Part shown: piece after piece, positions 15,001 to 30,000 of the stretch
How the letters are laid out: the number at the start of each line of letters is the position of its first letter
How positions within the stretch are numbered: position 1 is the first letter of the stretch
Assembly: GCA_964016885.1 (NCBI GenBank)
Contig: OZ024743.1
Location: 325,314,001-325,378,000 of the forward strand
Source of the DNA: Eledone cirrhosa
Lineage: Eukaryota
Reading direction: 5' to 3'
Length of the DNA: 64,000 bases
Notes under the pieces: model-generated
Database searches by the model: none
Told to the model about the DNA's origin: nothing
Seen by the model: only the letters and a program-made list of their open reading frames with translations
Program-made: the position numbers and the translations under genes

Positions 15001-18000
15001 CCACCACCTGGTCCTTGGGTGGTAGACTTAATCCATCACCCAGTTTAACACCACTACCTGACCGTTAGGTGGTATACTTAATCCATCACCCAGTTTAACA
15101 CCACCACCTGGTCCTTAGTTGGTAGACTTAATCCATCACCCAGTTCAACACCACTACCTGGGCCTTGGGTGGTAGACTTAATCCATCACCCAGTTTAACA
15201 CCACTACCTGGGCTTTAGGTGGTAGACTTAATCCATCACCCAGTTTAACACCACCACCTGGTCCTTGGGTGGTAGCCTTAATCCAGCACCCAGTTTAACA
15301 CCACCACCTGGTCCTTAGGTGGTAGACTTAATCCATCACCCAGTTTAACACCACCACCTGGGCCTTGGGTGGTAGACTTAATCAATCACCCAGTTTAACA
15401 CCACTACCTGAACCTTGGGTGGTAAACTTAATCCATCACCCAGTTTAACACCACTACCTGACCCTTGAGTGGTAGACTTAATCCATCACCCAGTTTAACA
15501 CCACCACCTAACCCTTGCATGGTAGACTTAATCCATCACCCAGTTCAACACCACTTCCTGAACCTTGGGTGGTAGACTTAATCCATCACCCAGTTTAATC
15601 CTACTACCTGACCCTTGGATGGTAGACTTAATCCATCACCCAGTTTAACACCACTACCTGGGCCTTAGGTGGTAGACTTAATCCATCACCCAGTTTAACA
15701 CCATGACCTGGTCCTTGCGTGGTAGACTTAATCCATCACCAAGTTTAACACCACTACCTGACCCTTGGGTGGTAGACTTAATCCATCACCCAGTTTAACA
15801 CCACTACCTGAACCTTGGGTGGTAGACTTAATCCATCACCCAGTTTAACACCACGACCTGGTCCTTAGGTGGTAGACTTAATCCATCACCCAGTTTAACA
15901 CCACTACCTGACCCTTGGGTGGTAGACTTAATCCGTTCACCCAGTTTAACACCACTACCTGGTGCTTATGTGGTAGACTTAATCCATCACCAAGTTTAAC
16001 ACCACCACCAGGTCCTTTGGTGGTAGACTTAATCCATCACGCAGTTTAACACCACCACCTGGTCCTTAGGTGGTATACTTAATCCATCACCCAGTTTAAC
16101 ACCACCACCTGGTCCTTAGGTGGTAGACTTAATCCATCACCCAGTTCAACGCCACCACCTGGTGATTAGGTGGTAGACTTAATCCATCACGCGGTTTAAC
16201 CGCACTACCTGATCCTTGGATGGTGGACTTAATCCATCAACCAGTTTAACACCACCACCTGGTCCTTAGGTGGTAGACTTAATCCATCACCCTGTTTAAC
16301 ACCATCACCTGGTCCTTAGGTGGTAGACTTAATCCATCACCCTGTTTAACACCATCACCTGGTCCTTGTGTGGTAGACTTAATCCATCACCCAGTTTAAC
16401 ACCACCTGGTCCTTAGGTGGTAGACTTAATCCATCACCCAGTTTAACACCCCTACCTGAACCTTGGGTGGTAGACTTAATCCATCACCCAGTTTAACACC
16501 ACTACCTGACCCTTGGGTGGTAGACTTAATCCATCACCCAGTTTAACACCACCACCTGGTCCTTAGGTGGTAGACTTAATCCATCACCCAGTTTAATACC
16601 ACTACCTGGCCCTTGGGTGGTAGACTTAATCCATCACCCAGTTTAACACCACTACCTGACCCTTGAGTGGTAGACTTAATCCATCACCCAGTTTAACACC
16701 ACTTCCTGACCCTTGGGTGGTAGACTTAATCCATCACCCAGTTTAACACCACTACCTGACCCTTGAGTGGTAGACTTAATCCATCACCCAGTTTAACACC
16801 ACTTCCTGACCCTTGGGTGGTAGACTTAATCCATCACCCAGTTTAACACCACTTCCTGACCCTTGGGTGGTAGACTTAATCCATCACCCAGTTTAACACC
16901 ACTTCCTGACCCTTGGGTGGTAGACTTAATCCATCACCCAGTTCAACACCACTACCTGACCCTTGGGTGGTAGACTTAATCCATCACCCAGTTTAACACC
17001 ACTTCCTGACCCTTGGGTGGTAGATTTAATCCATCACCCAGTTTAACACCACTACCTGACCCTTGAGTGGTAGACTTAATCCATCACCCAGTTTAACACC
17101 ACTACCTGACTCTTAGGTGGTAGACTTAATCCGTTCACCCAGTTTAACACCACTTCCTGACCCTTGGGCGGTATACTTATTCCATCACCCAGTTCAACAC
17201 CACCACCTGGGCCTTAGGTGGTAGACATAATCCATCACCCAGTTTAACACCACTACCTGACCCTTGAGTGGTAGACTTAATCCATCACCCAGTTTAACAC
17301 CACTTCCTGACCCTTGGGTGGTAGACTTAATCCATCACCCAGTTTAACACCACTTCCTGACCCTTGGGTGGTAGACTTAATCCATCACCCAGCTTAACAC
17401 CACTTCCTGACCCTTGGGTGGTAGACTTAATCCATCAGCCAGTTCAACACCACTACCTGACCCTTGGGTGGTAGACTTAATCCATCACCCAGTTTAACAC
17501 CACTTCCTGACCCTTGGGTGGTAGACTTAATCCATCACCCAGTTTAACACCACTACCTGACCCTTGAGTGGTAGACTTAATCCATCACCCAGTTTAACAC
17601 CACTACCTGACTCTTGGGTAGTAGACTTAATCCGTTCACCCAGTTTAACACCACTTCCTGACCCTTGGGCGGTATACTTATTCCATCACCCAGTTCAACA
17701 CCACCACCTGGGCGTTAGTTGGTAGACTTAATCCATCACCCAGTTTAACACCACTACCTGGGCCTTAGGTGGTAGACTTAATCCATCACCCAGTTTAACA
17801 CCACTACCTGACCCTTGAGTTGTAGTCTTAATCCATCACCCAGTTTAACACCACTACCTGACCCTTGAGTGTTAGACTTAATCCATCACCCAGTTTAACA
17901 CCACCACCTAACCCTTGCATGGTAGACTTAATCCATCACCCAGTTCAACACCACTTCCTGAACCTTGGAAGGTAGACTTAATCCATCACCCAGTTTAACA

Positions 18001-21000
18001 CCACTACCTGGGCCTTAGGTGGTAGACTTAATCCATCACCCAGTTTAACACCACGACCTGGTCCTTGCGTGGTAAACTTAATCCATCACCAAGTTTAACA
18101 CCACTACCTGACCTTGGGTGGTAGACTTAATCCATCACCCAGTTCAACACCACTTCCTGAACCTTGGATGGTAGACTTAATCCATCACCCAGTTTAACAC
18201 CACTACCTGGGCCTTAGGTGGTAGACTTAATCCATCACCCAGTTTAACACCACGACCTGGTCCTTGCGTGGTAAACTTAATCCATCACCAAGTTTAACAC
18301 CACTACCTGACCCTTGGGTGGTAGACTTAATCCATCACCCAGTTTAACAACACCACCTGAACCTTGGGTGGTAGACTTAATCCATCACCCAGTTTAACAC
18401 CACGACCTGGTCCTTAGGTGGTAGACTTAATCCATCACCCAGTTTAACACCACTACCTGACCCTTGGGTGGTAGACTTAATCCGTTCACCCAGTTTAACA
18501 CCACTACATGGTCCTTATGTGGTAGACTTAATCCATCACCAAGTTTAACACCACCACCAGGTCGTTAGGTGGTAGACTTAATCCATCACCCAGTTTAACA
18601 CCACCACGTGGTCCTTAGGTGGTATGCTTAATCCATCACCCAGTTTAACACCACCACCTGACCCTTGGGTGGTAGACTTAATCCGTTCACCCAGTTTAAC
18701 ACCACTACATGGTCCTTATGTGGTAGACTTAATCCATCACCAAGTTTAACACCACCACCAGGTCGTTAGGTGGTAGACTTAATCCATCACCCTGTTTAAC
18801 ACCATCAGCTGGTCCTTGTGTGGTAGACTTAATCCATCACCCAGTTCAACGCCAGCACCTGGTGATTAGGTGGTAGACTGAATCCATCACCCGGTTTAAC
18901 CCCACTACCTGAGCCTTGGATGGTGGACTTAATCCATCACCCAGTTTAACACCACCACCTGGTCCTTAGGTGGTAGACTTAGTCCATCACCCGGTTTAAC
19001 CCAACTACCTGTGCCTTGGATGGTAGACTTAATCCATCACCCAGTTTAACACCATCACCTGGTCCTTAGGTGGTAGACTTAATCCATCACCCAGTTTAAC
19101 ACCACCACCTGGGCCTTAGGTGGTAGACTTAATCCATCACCCAGTTTAACACCACCACCTGGGCCTTAGGTGGTAGACTTAATCCATCACCCAGTTTAAC
19201 ACCACTACTTGACCTTTGGTGGTAGACTTAATCCATCACCCAGTTTAACACCACTACCTGACCTTTGGTTGTAGACTTAATCCATCACCCAGTTCAACAC
19301 CTCCACCTGGTCCTTAAGTGGTAGACTTAATCCATCACCCAGTTTAACACCACTACCTGAACCTTGGGTGGTAGACTTAATCCATCACCCAGTTCAACAC
19401 CACCACCTGGTCCTTGGGTGGTAGACTTAATCCATCACCCAGTTTAACACCACTACCTGACCGTTAGGTGGTATACTTAATCCATCACCCAGTTTAACAC
19501 CACCACCTGGTCCTTAGTTGGTAGACTTAATCCATCACCCAGTTCAACACCACTACCTGGGCCTTGGGTGGTAGACTTAATCCATCACCCAGTTTAACAC
19601 CACTACCTGGGCTTTAGGTGGTAGACTTAATCCATCACCCAGTTTAACACCACCACCTGGTCCTTGGGTGGTAGCCTTAATCCAGCACCCAGTTTAACAC
19701 CACCACCTGGTCCTTAGGTGGTAGACTTAATCCATCACCCAGTTTAACTCCACTACCTGACCCTTGGGTGGTAGACTTAATCAATCACCCAGTTTAACAC
19801 CACTACCTGAACCTTGGGTGGTAAACTTAATCCATCACCCAGTTTAACACCACTACCTGACCCTTGAGTGGTAGACTTAATCCATCACCCAGTTTAACAC
19901 CACCACCTAACCCTTGCATGGTAGACTTAATCCATCACCCAGTTCAACACCACTTCCTGAACCTTGGGTGGTAGACTTAATCCATCACCCAGTTTAATCC
20001 TACTACCTGACCCTTGGATGGTAGACTTAATCCATCACCCAGTTTAACACCACTACCTGGGCCTTAGGTGGTAGACTTAATCCATCACCCAGTTTAACAC
20101 CTTGACCTGGTCCTTGCGTGGTAGACTTAATCCATCACCAAGTTTAACACCACTACCTGACCCTTGGGTGGTAGACTTAATCCATCACCCAGTTTAACAC
20201 CACTACCTGAACCTTGGGTGGTAGACTTAATCCATCACCCAGTTTAACACCACGACCTGGTCCTTAGGTGGTAGACTTAATCCATCACCCAGTTTAACAC
20301 CACTACCTGACCCTTGGGTGGTAGACTTAATCCGTTCACCCAGTTTAACACCACTACCTGGTGCTTATGTGGTAGACTTAATCCATCACCAAGTTTAACA
20401 CCACCACCAGGTCCTTAGGTGGTAGACTTAATCCATCACGCAGTTTAACACCACCACCTGGTCCTTAGGTGGTATACTTAATCCATCACCCAGTTTAACA
20501 CCACCACCTGGTCCTTAGGTGGTAGACTTAATCCATCACCCAGTTCAACGCCACCACCTGGTGATTAGGTGGTAGACTTAATCCATCACGCGGTTTAACC
20601 CCACTACCTGAGCCTTGGATGGTGGACTTAATCCATCACCCAGTTTAACACCACCACCTGGTCCTTAGGTGGTAGACTTAATCCATCACCCTGTTTAACA
20701 CCATCACCTGGTCCTTAGGTGGTAGACTTAATCCATCACCCTGTTTAACACCATCACCTGGTCCTTGTGTGGTAGACTTAATCCATCACCCAGTTTAACA
20801 CCACCTGGTCCTTAGGTGGTAGACTTAATCCATCACCCAGTTTAACACCCCTACCTGAACCTTGGGTGGTAGACTTAATCCATCACCCAGTTTAACACCA
20901 CTACCTGACCCTTGGGTGGTAGACTTAATCCATCACCCAGTTTAACACCACCACCTGGTCCTTAGGTGGTAGACTTAATCCATCACCCAGTTTAACACCA

Positions 21001-24000
21001 CTACCTGACCCTTGGGTGGTAGACTTAATCCGTTCACCCAGTTTAACACCACTACCTGACTCTTGCGTGGTAGACTTAATCCATGACCCAGTTTAACACC
21101 ACCACCTGGTCCTTAGGTGGTAGACTTAATCCATCACCCAGTTTAACACCACTACCTGACCCTTGGGTGGTAGACTTAATCCGTTCACCCAGTATAACAC
21201 CACTACCTGACCCTTGGGTGGTAGACTTAATTCATCACCCAGTTTAATACCACTACCTGACCCTTGGGTGGTAGACTTAATCCATCACCCAGTTTAACAC
21301 CACTACCTGACCCTTGAGTGGTAGACTTAATCCATCACCCAGTTTAACACCACTTCCTGACCCTTGGGTGGTAGACTTAATCCATCACCCTGTTTAACAC
21401 CACTACCTGACCCTTGAGTGGTAGACTTAATCCATCACCCAGTTTAACACCACTTCCTGACCCTTGGGTGGTAGACTTAATCCATCACCCAGTTTAACAC
21501 CACTTCCTGACCCTTGGGTGGTAGATTTAATCCATCACCCAGTTTAACACCACTTCCTGACCCTTGGGTGGTAGACTTAATCCATCACCCAGTTCAACAC
21601 CACTACCTGACCCTTGGGTGGTAGACTTAATCCATCACCCAGTTTAACACCACTTCCTGACCCTTGGGTGGTAGATTTAATCCATCACCCAGTTTAACAC
21701 CACTACCTGACCCTTGAGTGGTAGACTTAATCCATCACCCAGTTTAACACCACTACCTGACTCTTAGGTGGTAGACTTAATCCGTTCAACCAGTTTAACA
21801 CCACTTCCTGACCCTTGGGCGGTATACTTATTCCATCACCCAGTTCAACACCACCACCTGGGCCTTAGGTGGTAGACTTAATCCATCACCCAGTTTAACA
21901 CCACTACCTGACCCTTGAGTGGTAGACTTAATCCATCACCCAGTTTAACACCACTTCCTGACCCTTGGGTGGTAGACTTAATCCATCACCCAGTTTAACA
22001 CCACTTCCTGACCCTTGGGTGGTAGACTTAATCCATCACCCAGCTTAACACCACTTCCTGACCCTTGGGTGGTAGACTTAATCCATCAGCCAGTTCAACA
22101 CCACTACCTGACCCTTGGGTGGTAGACTTAATCCATCACCCAGTTTAACACCACTTCCTGACCCTTGGGTGGTAGACTTAATCCATCACCCAGTTTAACA
22201 CCACTACCTGACCCTTGAGTGGTAGACTTAATCCATCACCCAGTTTAACACCACTACCTGACTCTTGGGTAGTAGACTTAATCCGTTCACCCAGTTTAAC
22301 ACCACTTCCTGACCCTTGGGCGGTATACTTATTCCATCACCCAGTTCAACACCACCACCTGGGCGTTAGTTGGTAGACTTAATCCATCACCCAGTTTAAC
22401 ACCACTACCTGACTCTTGGGTGGTAGACTTAATCCATCACCCAGTTTAACACCACTACCTGACCCTTGGGTGGTAGACTTAATCCATCACCCAGTTTAAC
22501 CCTACTACCTGACCCTTGGATGGTAGACTTAATCCATCACCCAGTTTAACACCACTACCTGGGCCTTAGGTGGTAGACTTAATCCATCACCCAGTTTAAC
22601 ACCACTACCTGACCCTTGAGTGGTAGACTTAATCCATCGCCCAGTTTAACACCACTACCTAACCCTTGCATGGTAGACTTAATCCATCACCCAGTTCAAC
22701 ACCCCCACCTGGTCCTTAGGTGGTAGACTTAATCCATCACCCAGTTTAACACCACAACCTGACCCTTAGGTGGTAGACTTAATCCATCACCCAGTTTAAC
22801 ACCACTACCTGACCCTTGGGTGGTAGACTTAATCCGTTCACCCAGTTTAACACCACTACCTGACCCTTGGGTGGTAGACTTAATCCATCACCCAGTTTAA
22901 CACCACGACCTGACCCTTGAGTGGTAGACTTAATCCATCACCCAGTTTAACACCACTACCTGACCCTTGAGAGGTAGACTTAACCCATCACTCAGTTTAA
23001 CACCACTACCTGATCCTTGGGTGGTAGACTTAATCCATCACCCAGTTCAACACCACTACCTGACCCCTGAGTGGTAGACTTAATCCATCACCCAGTTTAC
23101 ACCACTACCTGTCCCTTGGGTGGTAGACTTAATCCGTTCACCCAGTTTAACACCACTACCTGACCCTTGTGTGGTAGACTTAATCCATCACCAGTTTACA
23201 CCACTACCTGTCCCTTGGGTGGTAGACTTAATCCATCACCCAGTTTAACACCACTACCTGACCCTTGAGTGGTAGTCTTAATCCATCAACCAGTTTAACA
23301 CCACTACCTGACACTTGGGTGGTAGACTTAATCCATCACCTAGTTAAACACCACTACCTAACCCTTGGGTGGTAGACTTAATCCATCACCCAGTTTAGCA
23401 CCACCACCTGACCCGTAGGTGGTAGACTTAATCCATCACCCAGTTTAACACCACTACCTGACCCTTGGGTGGTAGACTTCATCCATCACCTAGTTAAACA
23501 CCACTACCTAACCCTTGGGTGGTAGACTTAATCCATCACCCAGTTTAACACCACCACCTGGGCCTTAGGTGGTAGACTTAATCCATCACCCAGTTTAACA
23601 CCACCACCTGGGCCTTGGGTGGTAGACTTAATCCATCACCCAATTCAACACCACCACCCAGGCCTTAGGTGGTAGACTTAATCCATCACCCAGTTTAACA
23701 CCACCACCTTGTCCTTAGGTGGTAGACTTAATCCATCACCCAGTTTAACACCACCACCTGGTCCTTAGGTGGTAGACTTAATCCATCACCCAGTTTAACA
23801 CCACACCTGACCCTTGGGTGCTAGACTTAATCCATCACCCAGTTTAACACCACCACCTGGTCCTTAGGTGGTAGACTTAATCCATCACCCAGTTTAACAC
23901 CACCACCTGGTCCTTAGGTGGTAGACTTAATCCATCACCCAGTTTAACACCACCACCTGGTCCTTAGGTGGTTGACTTAATCCATCACCCAGTTTAACAC

Positions 24001-27000
24001 CACTACCTGACCCTTAGGTGGTAGACTTAATCCATCACCCAGTTTAACACCACCACCTGGTCCTTGGGTGGTAGACTTAATCCATCACCCAGTTTAACAC
24101 CACACCTGAACCTTGGGTGCTAGACTTAATCCATCACCCAGTTTAACACCACCACCTGGTCCTTAGGTGGTAGACTTAATCCATCACCCAGTTTAACACC
24201 ACACCTGACCCTTGGGTGGTAGACTTAATCCATCAGCCAGTTTAACACCACTACTTGACTCTTGGGTGGTAGACTTAATCCATCACCCAGTTTAACACCA
24301 CTACCTGGTCCTTGGGTGGTAGACTTAATCCATCACCCAGTTTAACACCACCACCTGGTCCTTGGGTGCTAGACTTAATCCATCACCCAGTTTAACACCA
24401 CTACCTGGTCCTTGGGTGGTAGACTTAATCCATCACCCAGTTTAACACCACCACCTGGTCCTTGGATGGTAGACTTAATCCATCACCCAGTTTAACACCA
24501 CTACCTGAACCTTGGGTGGTAGACTTAATCCATCACCCAGTTTAACACCACTACCTGAACCTTGGGTGGTAGACTTAATCCATCACCCAGTTTAACACCA
24601 CCACCTGGTCCTTGGGTGGTAGACTTAATCCATCACCCAGTTTAACACCACCACCTGGGTCTTAGGTGGTAGACTTAATCCATCACCCAGTTTAACACCA
24701 CTACCTGACCCTTAGGTGGTAGGCTTAATCCATCACCCAGTTTAACACCACCTGGTCCTTAGGTGGTAGACTTAATCCATCACCCAGTTTAACACCACCA
24801 CCTCACCCTTAGGTGGTAGACTTAATCCATCACCCAGTTTAACACCACCTGGTCCTTAGGTGGTAGACTTAATCCATCACCCAGTTTAACACCACCACCT
24901 GACCCTTAGGTGGTAGATTTAATCTATCACCCAGTTTAACACCACCTGGTCCTTAGGTGGTAGACTTAATCCATCACCCAGTTTAACAACACCACCTGAC
25001 CCTTTGGTGGTAGACTTAATCCATCACCCAGTTTAACACCACTACCTGGTCCTTAGGTGGTAGACTTAATCCATCACCCAGTTTAACACCACCACCTGAC
25101 CCTTAGGTGGTAGACTTAATCCATCACCCAGTTTAACACCACTACCTGACTCTTGCGTGGTAGACATAATCCATCACCCAGTTTAACACCACCACCTGAC
25201 CCTTAGGTGGTAGACTTAATCCATCACCCAGTTTAACAACACCACCTGACCCTTAGGTGGTAGACTTAATCCATCACCCAGTTTAACACCACAACCTGGT
25301 CCTTAGGTGGTAGACTTAATCCATCTCCCAGTTTAACACCACCACCTCACCCTTAGGTGGTAGACTTAATCCATCACCCAGTTTAACACCACTACCTGGT
25401 CCTTAGGTGGTAGACTTAATCCATCTCCCAGTTTAACACCACCACCTCACCCTTAGGTGGTAGACTTAATCCATCACCCAGTTTAACACCACTACCTGAC
25501 CCTTGGGTGGTAGACTTAATCCATCACCCAGTTTAACACCACCACCTGGTCCTTAGGTGGTAGACTTAATCCATCACCCAGTTTAACACCACTACCTCAC
25601 CCTTAGGTGGTAGACTTAATCCATCACCCAGTTTAACACCACTACCTGACCCTTGGGTGGTAGACTTAATCCATCACCCAGTTTAACACCACCACCTGGT
25701 CCTTAGGTGGTAGACTTAATCCATCACCCAGTTTAACACCACTACCTGACCCTTGGGTGGTAGACTTAATCCATCACCCAGTTAAACACCACCACCTGGG
25801 CCTTAGGTGGTAGACTTAATCCATCACCCAGTTTAACACCACCACCTGTACCTTGGGTGGTAGACTTAATCCATCACCCAGTTTAACACCACCACCTGGT
25901 CCTTAGGTGGTAGACTTAATCCATCACCCAGTTTAACACCACTACCTGACTCTTGCGTGGTAGACATAATCCATCACCCAGTTTAACACCACTACCTGAC
26001 TCTTGGGTGGTAGACTTAATCCATCACCCAGTTTAACACCACTACCTGACTCTTGGGTGGTAGACATAATCTATCAACCAGTTTAACACCACCACCTGGT
26101 CCTTAGGTGGTAGACTTAATCCATCAGCCAGTTTAACACCACTACTTGACTCTTGGGTGGTAGACTTAATCCATCACCCAGTTTAACACCACTACCTGGT
26201 CCTTGGGTGGTAGACTTAATCCATCACCCAGTTTAACACCACCACCTGGGCCTTAGGTGGTAGACTTAATCCATCACCCAGTTTAACACCACTACCTGAC
26301 CCTTGGGTGGTAGACTTAATCCATCACCCAGTTAAACACCACCACCTGGGCCTTAGGTGGTAGACTTAATCCATCACCCAGTTTAACACCACTACCTGAA
26401 CCTTGGGTGGTAGACTTAATCCATCACCCAGTTTAACACCACTACCTGAACCTTGGGTGGTAGACTTAATCCATCACCCAGTTTAACACCACTACCTGAA
26501 CCTTGGGTGGTAGACTTAATCCATCACCCAGTTTAACACCACCACCTGGTCCTTGGGTGGTAGACTTAATCCATCACCCAGTTTAACACCACCACCTGGG
26601 TCTTAGGTGGTAGACTTAATCCATCACCCAGTTTAACACCACTACCTGACCCTTAGGTGGTAGGCTTAATCCATCACCCAGTTTAACACCACCTGGTCCT
26701 TAGGTGGTAGACTTAATCCATCACCCAGTTTAACACCACCACCTCACCCTTAGGTGGTAGACTTAATCCATCACCCAGTTTAACACCACCTGGTCCTTAG
26801 GTGGTAGACTTAATCCATCACCCAGTTTAACACCACCACCTGACCCGTAGGTGGTAGATTTAATCTATCACCCAGTTTAACACCACCTGGTCCTTAGGTG
26901 GTAGACTTAATCCATCACCCAGTTTAACAACACCACCTGACCCTTTGGTGGTAGACTTAATCCATCACCCAGTTTAACACCACCACCTGGGCCTTAGGTG

Positions 27001-30000
27001 GTAGACTTAATCCATCACCCAGTTTAACACCACCACCTGGGCCTTGGGTGGTAGACTTAATCCATCACCCAATTCAACACCACCACCCAGGCCTTAGGTG
27101 GTAGACTTAATCCATCACCCAGTTTAACACCACCACCTGGTCCTTAGGTGGTAGACTTAATCCATCACCCAGTTTAACACCACCACCTGACACTTGGGTG
27201 GTAGACATAATCCATCACCCAGTTTAACACTACCTGGCACTTGGGTGGTAGACTTAATCCATCACCCAGTTTAACACCACTACCTGACTCTTGGGTGGTA
27301 GACTTAATCCATCACCCAGTTTAACACCACCACCTGGTCCTTAGGTGGTAGACTTAATCCATCACCCAGTTTAACACCACACCTGACCCTTGGGTGCTAG
27401 ACTTAATCCATCACCCAGTTTAACACCACCACCTGGTCCTTAGGTGGTAGACTTAATCCATCACCCAGTTTAACACCACCACCTGGTCCTTAGGTGGTAG
27501 ACTTAATCCATCACCCAGTTTAACACCACTACCTGACACTTGGGTGGTAGACATAATCCATCACCCAGTTTAACACTACCTGGCACTTGGGTGGTAGACT
27601 TAATCCATCACCCAGTTTAACACCACTACCTGACTCTTGGGTGGTAGACTTAATCCATCACCCAGTTTAACACCACCACCTGGTCCTTAGGTGGTAGACT
27701 TAATCCATCACCCAGTTTAACACCACACCTGACCCTTGGGTGCTAGACTTAATCCATCACCCAGTTTAACACCACCACCTGGTCCTTAGGTGGTAGACTT
27801 AATCCATCACCCAGTTTAACACCACCACCTGGTCCTTAGGTGGTAGACTTAATCCATCACCCAGTTTAACACCACCACCTGGTCCTTAGGTGGTTGACTT
27901 AATCCATCACCCAGTTTAACACCACTACCTGACCCTTAGGTGGTAGACTTAATCCATCACCCAGTTTAACACCACCACCTGGTCCTTGGGTGGTAGACTT
28001 AATCCATCACCCAGTTTAACACCACACCTGAACCTTGGGTGCTAGACTTAATCCATCACCCAGTTTAACACCACCACCTGGTCCTTAGGTGGTAGACTTA
28101 ATCCATCACCCAGTTTAACACCACACCTGACCCTTGGGTGGTAGACTTAATCCATCAGCCAGTTTAACACCACTACTTGACTCTTGGGTGGTAGACTTAA
28201 TCCATCACCCAGTTTAACACCACTACCTGGTCCTTGGGTGGTAGACTTAATCCATCACCCAGTTTAACACCACCACCTGGTCCTTGGGTGCTAGACTTAA
28301 TCCATCACCCAGTTTAACACCACTACCTGGTCCTTGGGTGGTAGACTTAATCCATCACCCAGTTTAACACCACCACCTGGTCCTTGGGTGGTAGACTTAA
28401 TCCATCACCCAGTTTAACACCACTACCTGAACCTTGGGTGGTAGACTTAATCCATCACCCAGTTTAACACCACTACCTGAACCTTGGGTGGTAGACTTAA
28501 TCCATCACCCAGTTTAACACCACTACCTGAACCTTGGGTGGTAGACTTAATCCATCACCCAGTTTAACACCACTACCTGAACCTTGGGTGGTAGACTTAA
28601 TCCATCACCCAGTTTAACACCACCACCTGGTCCTTGGGTGGTAGACTTAATCCATCACCCAGTTTAACACCACCACCTGGGTCTTAGGTGGTAGACTTAA
28701 TCCATCACCCAGTTTAACACCACTACCTGACCCTTAGGTGGTAGGCTTAATCCATCACCCAGTTTAACACCACCTGGTCCTTAGGTGGTAGACTTAATCC
28801 ATCACCCAGTTTAACACCACCACCTCACCCTTAGGTGGTAGACTTAATCCATCACCCAGTTTAACACCACCTGGTCCTTAGGTGGTAGACTTAATCCATC
28901 ACCCAGTTTAACACCACCACCTGACCCTTAGGTGGTAGATTTAATCTATCACCCAGTTTAACACCACCTGGTCCTTAGGTGGTAGACTTAATCCATCACC
29001 CAGTTTAACAACACCACCTGACCCTTTGGTGGTAGACTTAATCCATCACCCAGTTTAACACCACTACCTGGTCCTTAGGTGGTAGACTTAATCCATCACC
29101 CAGTTTAACACCACCACCTGACCCTTAGGTGGTAGACTTAATCCATCACCCAGTTTAACACCACTACCTGACTCTTGCGTGGTAGACATAATCCATCACC
29201 CAGTTTAACACCACCACCTGACCCTTAGGTGGTAGACTTAATCCATCACCCAGTTTAACAACACCACCTGACCCTTAGGTGGTAGACTTAATCCATCACC
29301 CAGTTTAACACCACAACCTGGTCCTTAGGTGGTAGACTTAATCCATCTCCCAGTTTAACACCACCACCTCACCCTTAGGTGGTAGACTTAATCCATCACC
29401 CAGTTTAACACCACTACCTGGTCCTTAGGTGGTAGACTTAATCCATCTCCCAGTTTAACACCACCACCTCACCCTTAGGTGGTAGACTTAATCCATCACC
29501 CAGTTTAACACCACTACCTGACCCTTGGGTGGTAGACTTAATCCATCACCCAGTTTAACACCACCACCTGGTCCTTAGGTGGTAGACTTAATCCATCACC
29601 CAGTTTAACACCACTACCTCACCCTTAGGTGGTAGACTTAATCCATCACCCAGTTTAACACCACTACCTGACCCTTGGGTGGTAGACTTAATCCATCACC
29701 CAGTTTAACACCACCACCTGGTCCTTAGGTGGTAGACTTAATCCATCACCCAGTTTAACACCACTACCTGACCCTTGGGTGGTAGACTTAATCCATCACC
29801 CAGTTAAACACCACCACCTGGGCCTTAGGTGGTAGACTTAATCCATCACCCAGTTTAACACCACCACCTGTACCTTGGGTGGTAGACTTAATCCATCACC
29901 CAGTTTAACACCACCACCTGGTCCTTAGGTGGTAGACTTAATCCATCACCCAGTTTAACACCACTACCTGACTCTTGCGTGGTAGACATAATCCATCACC

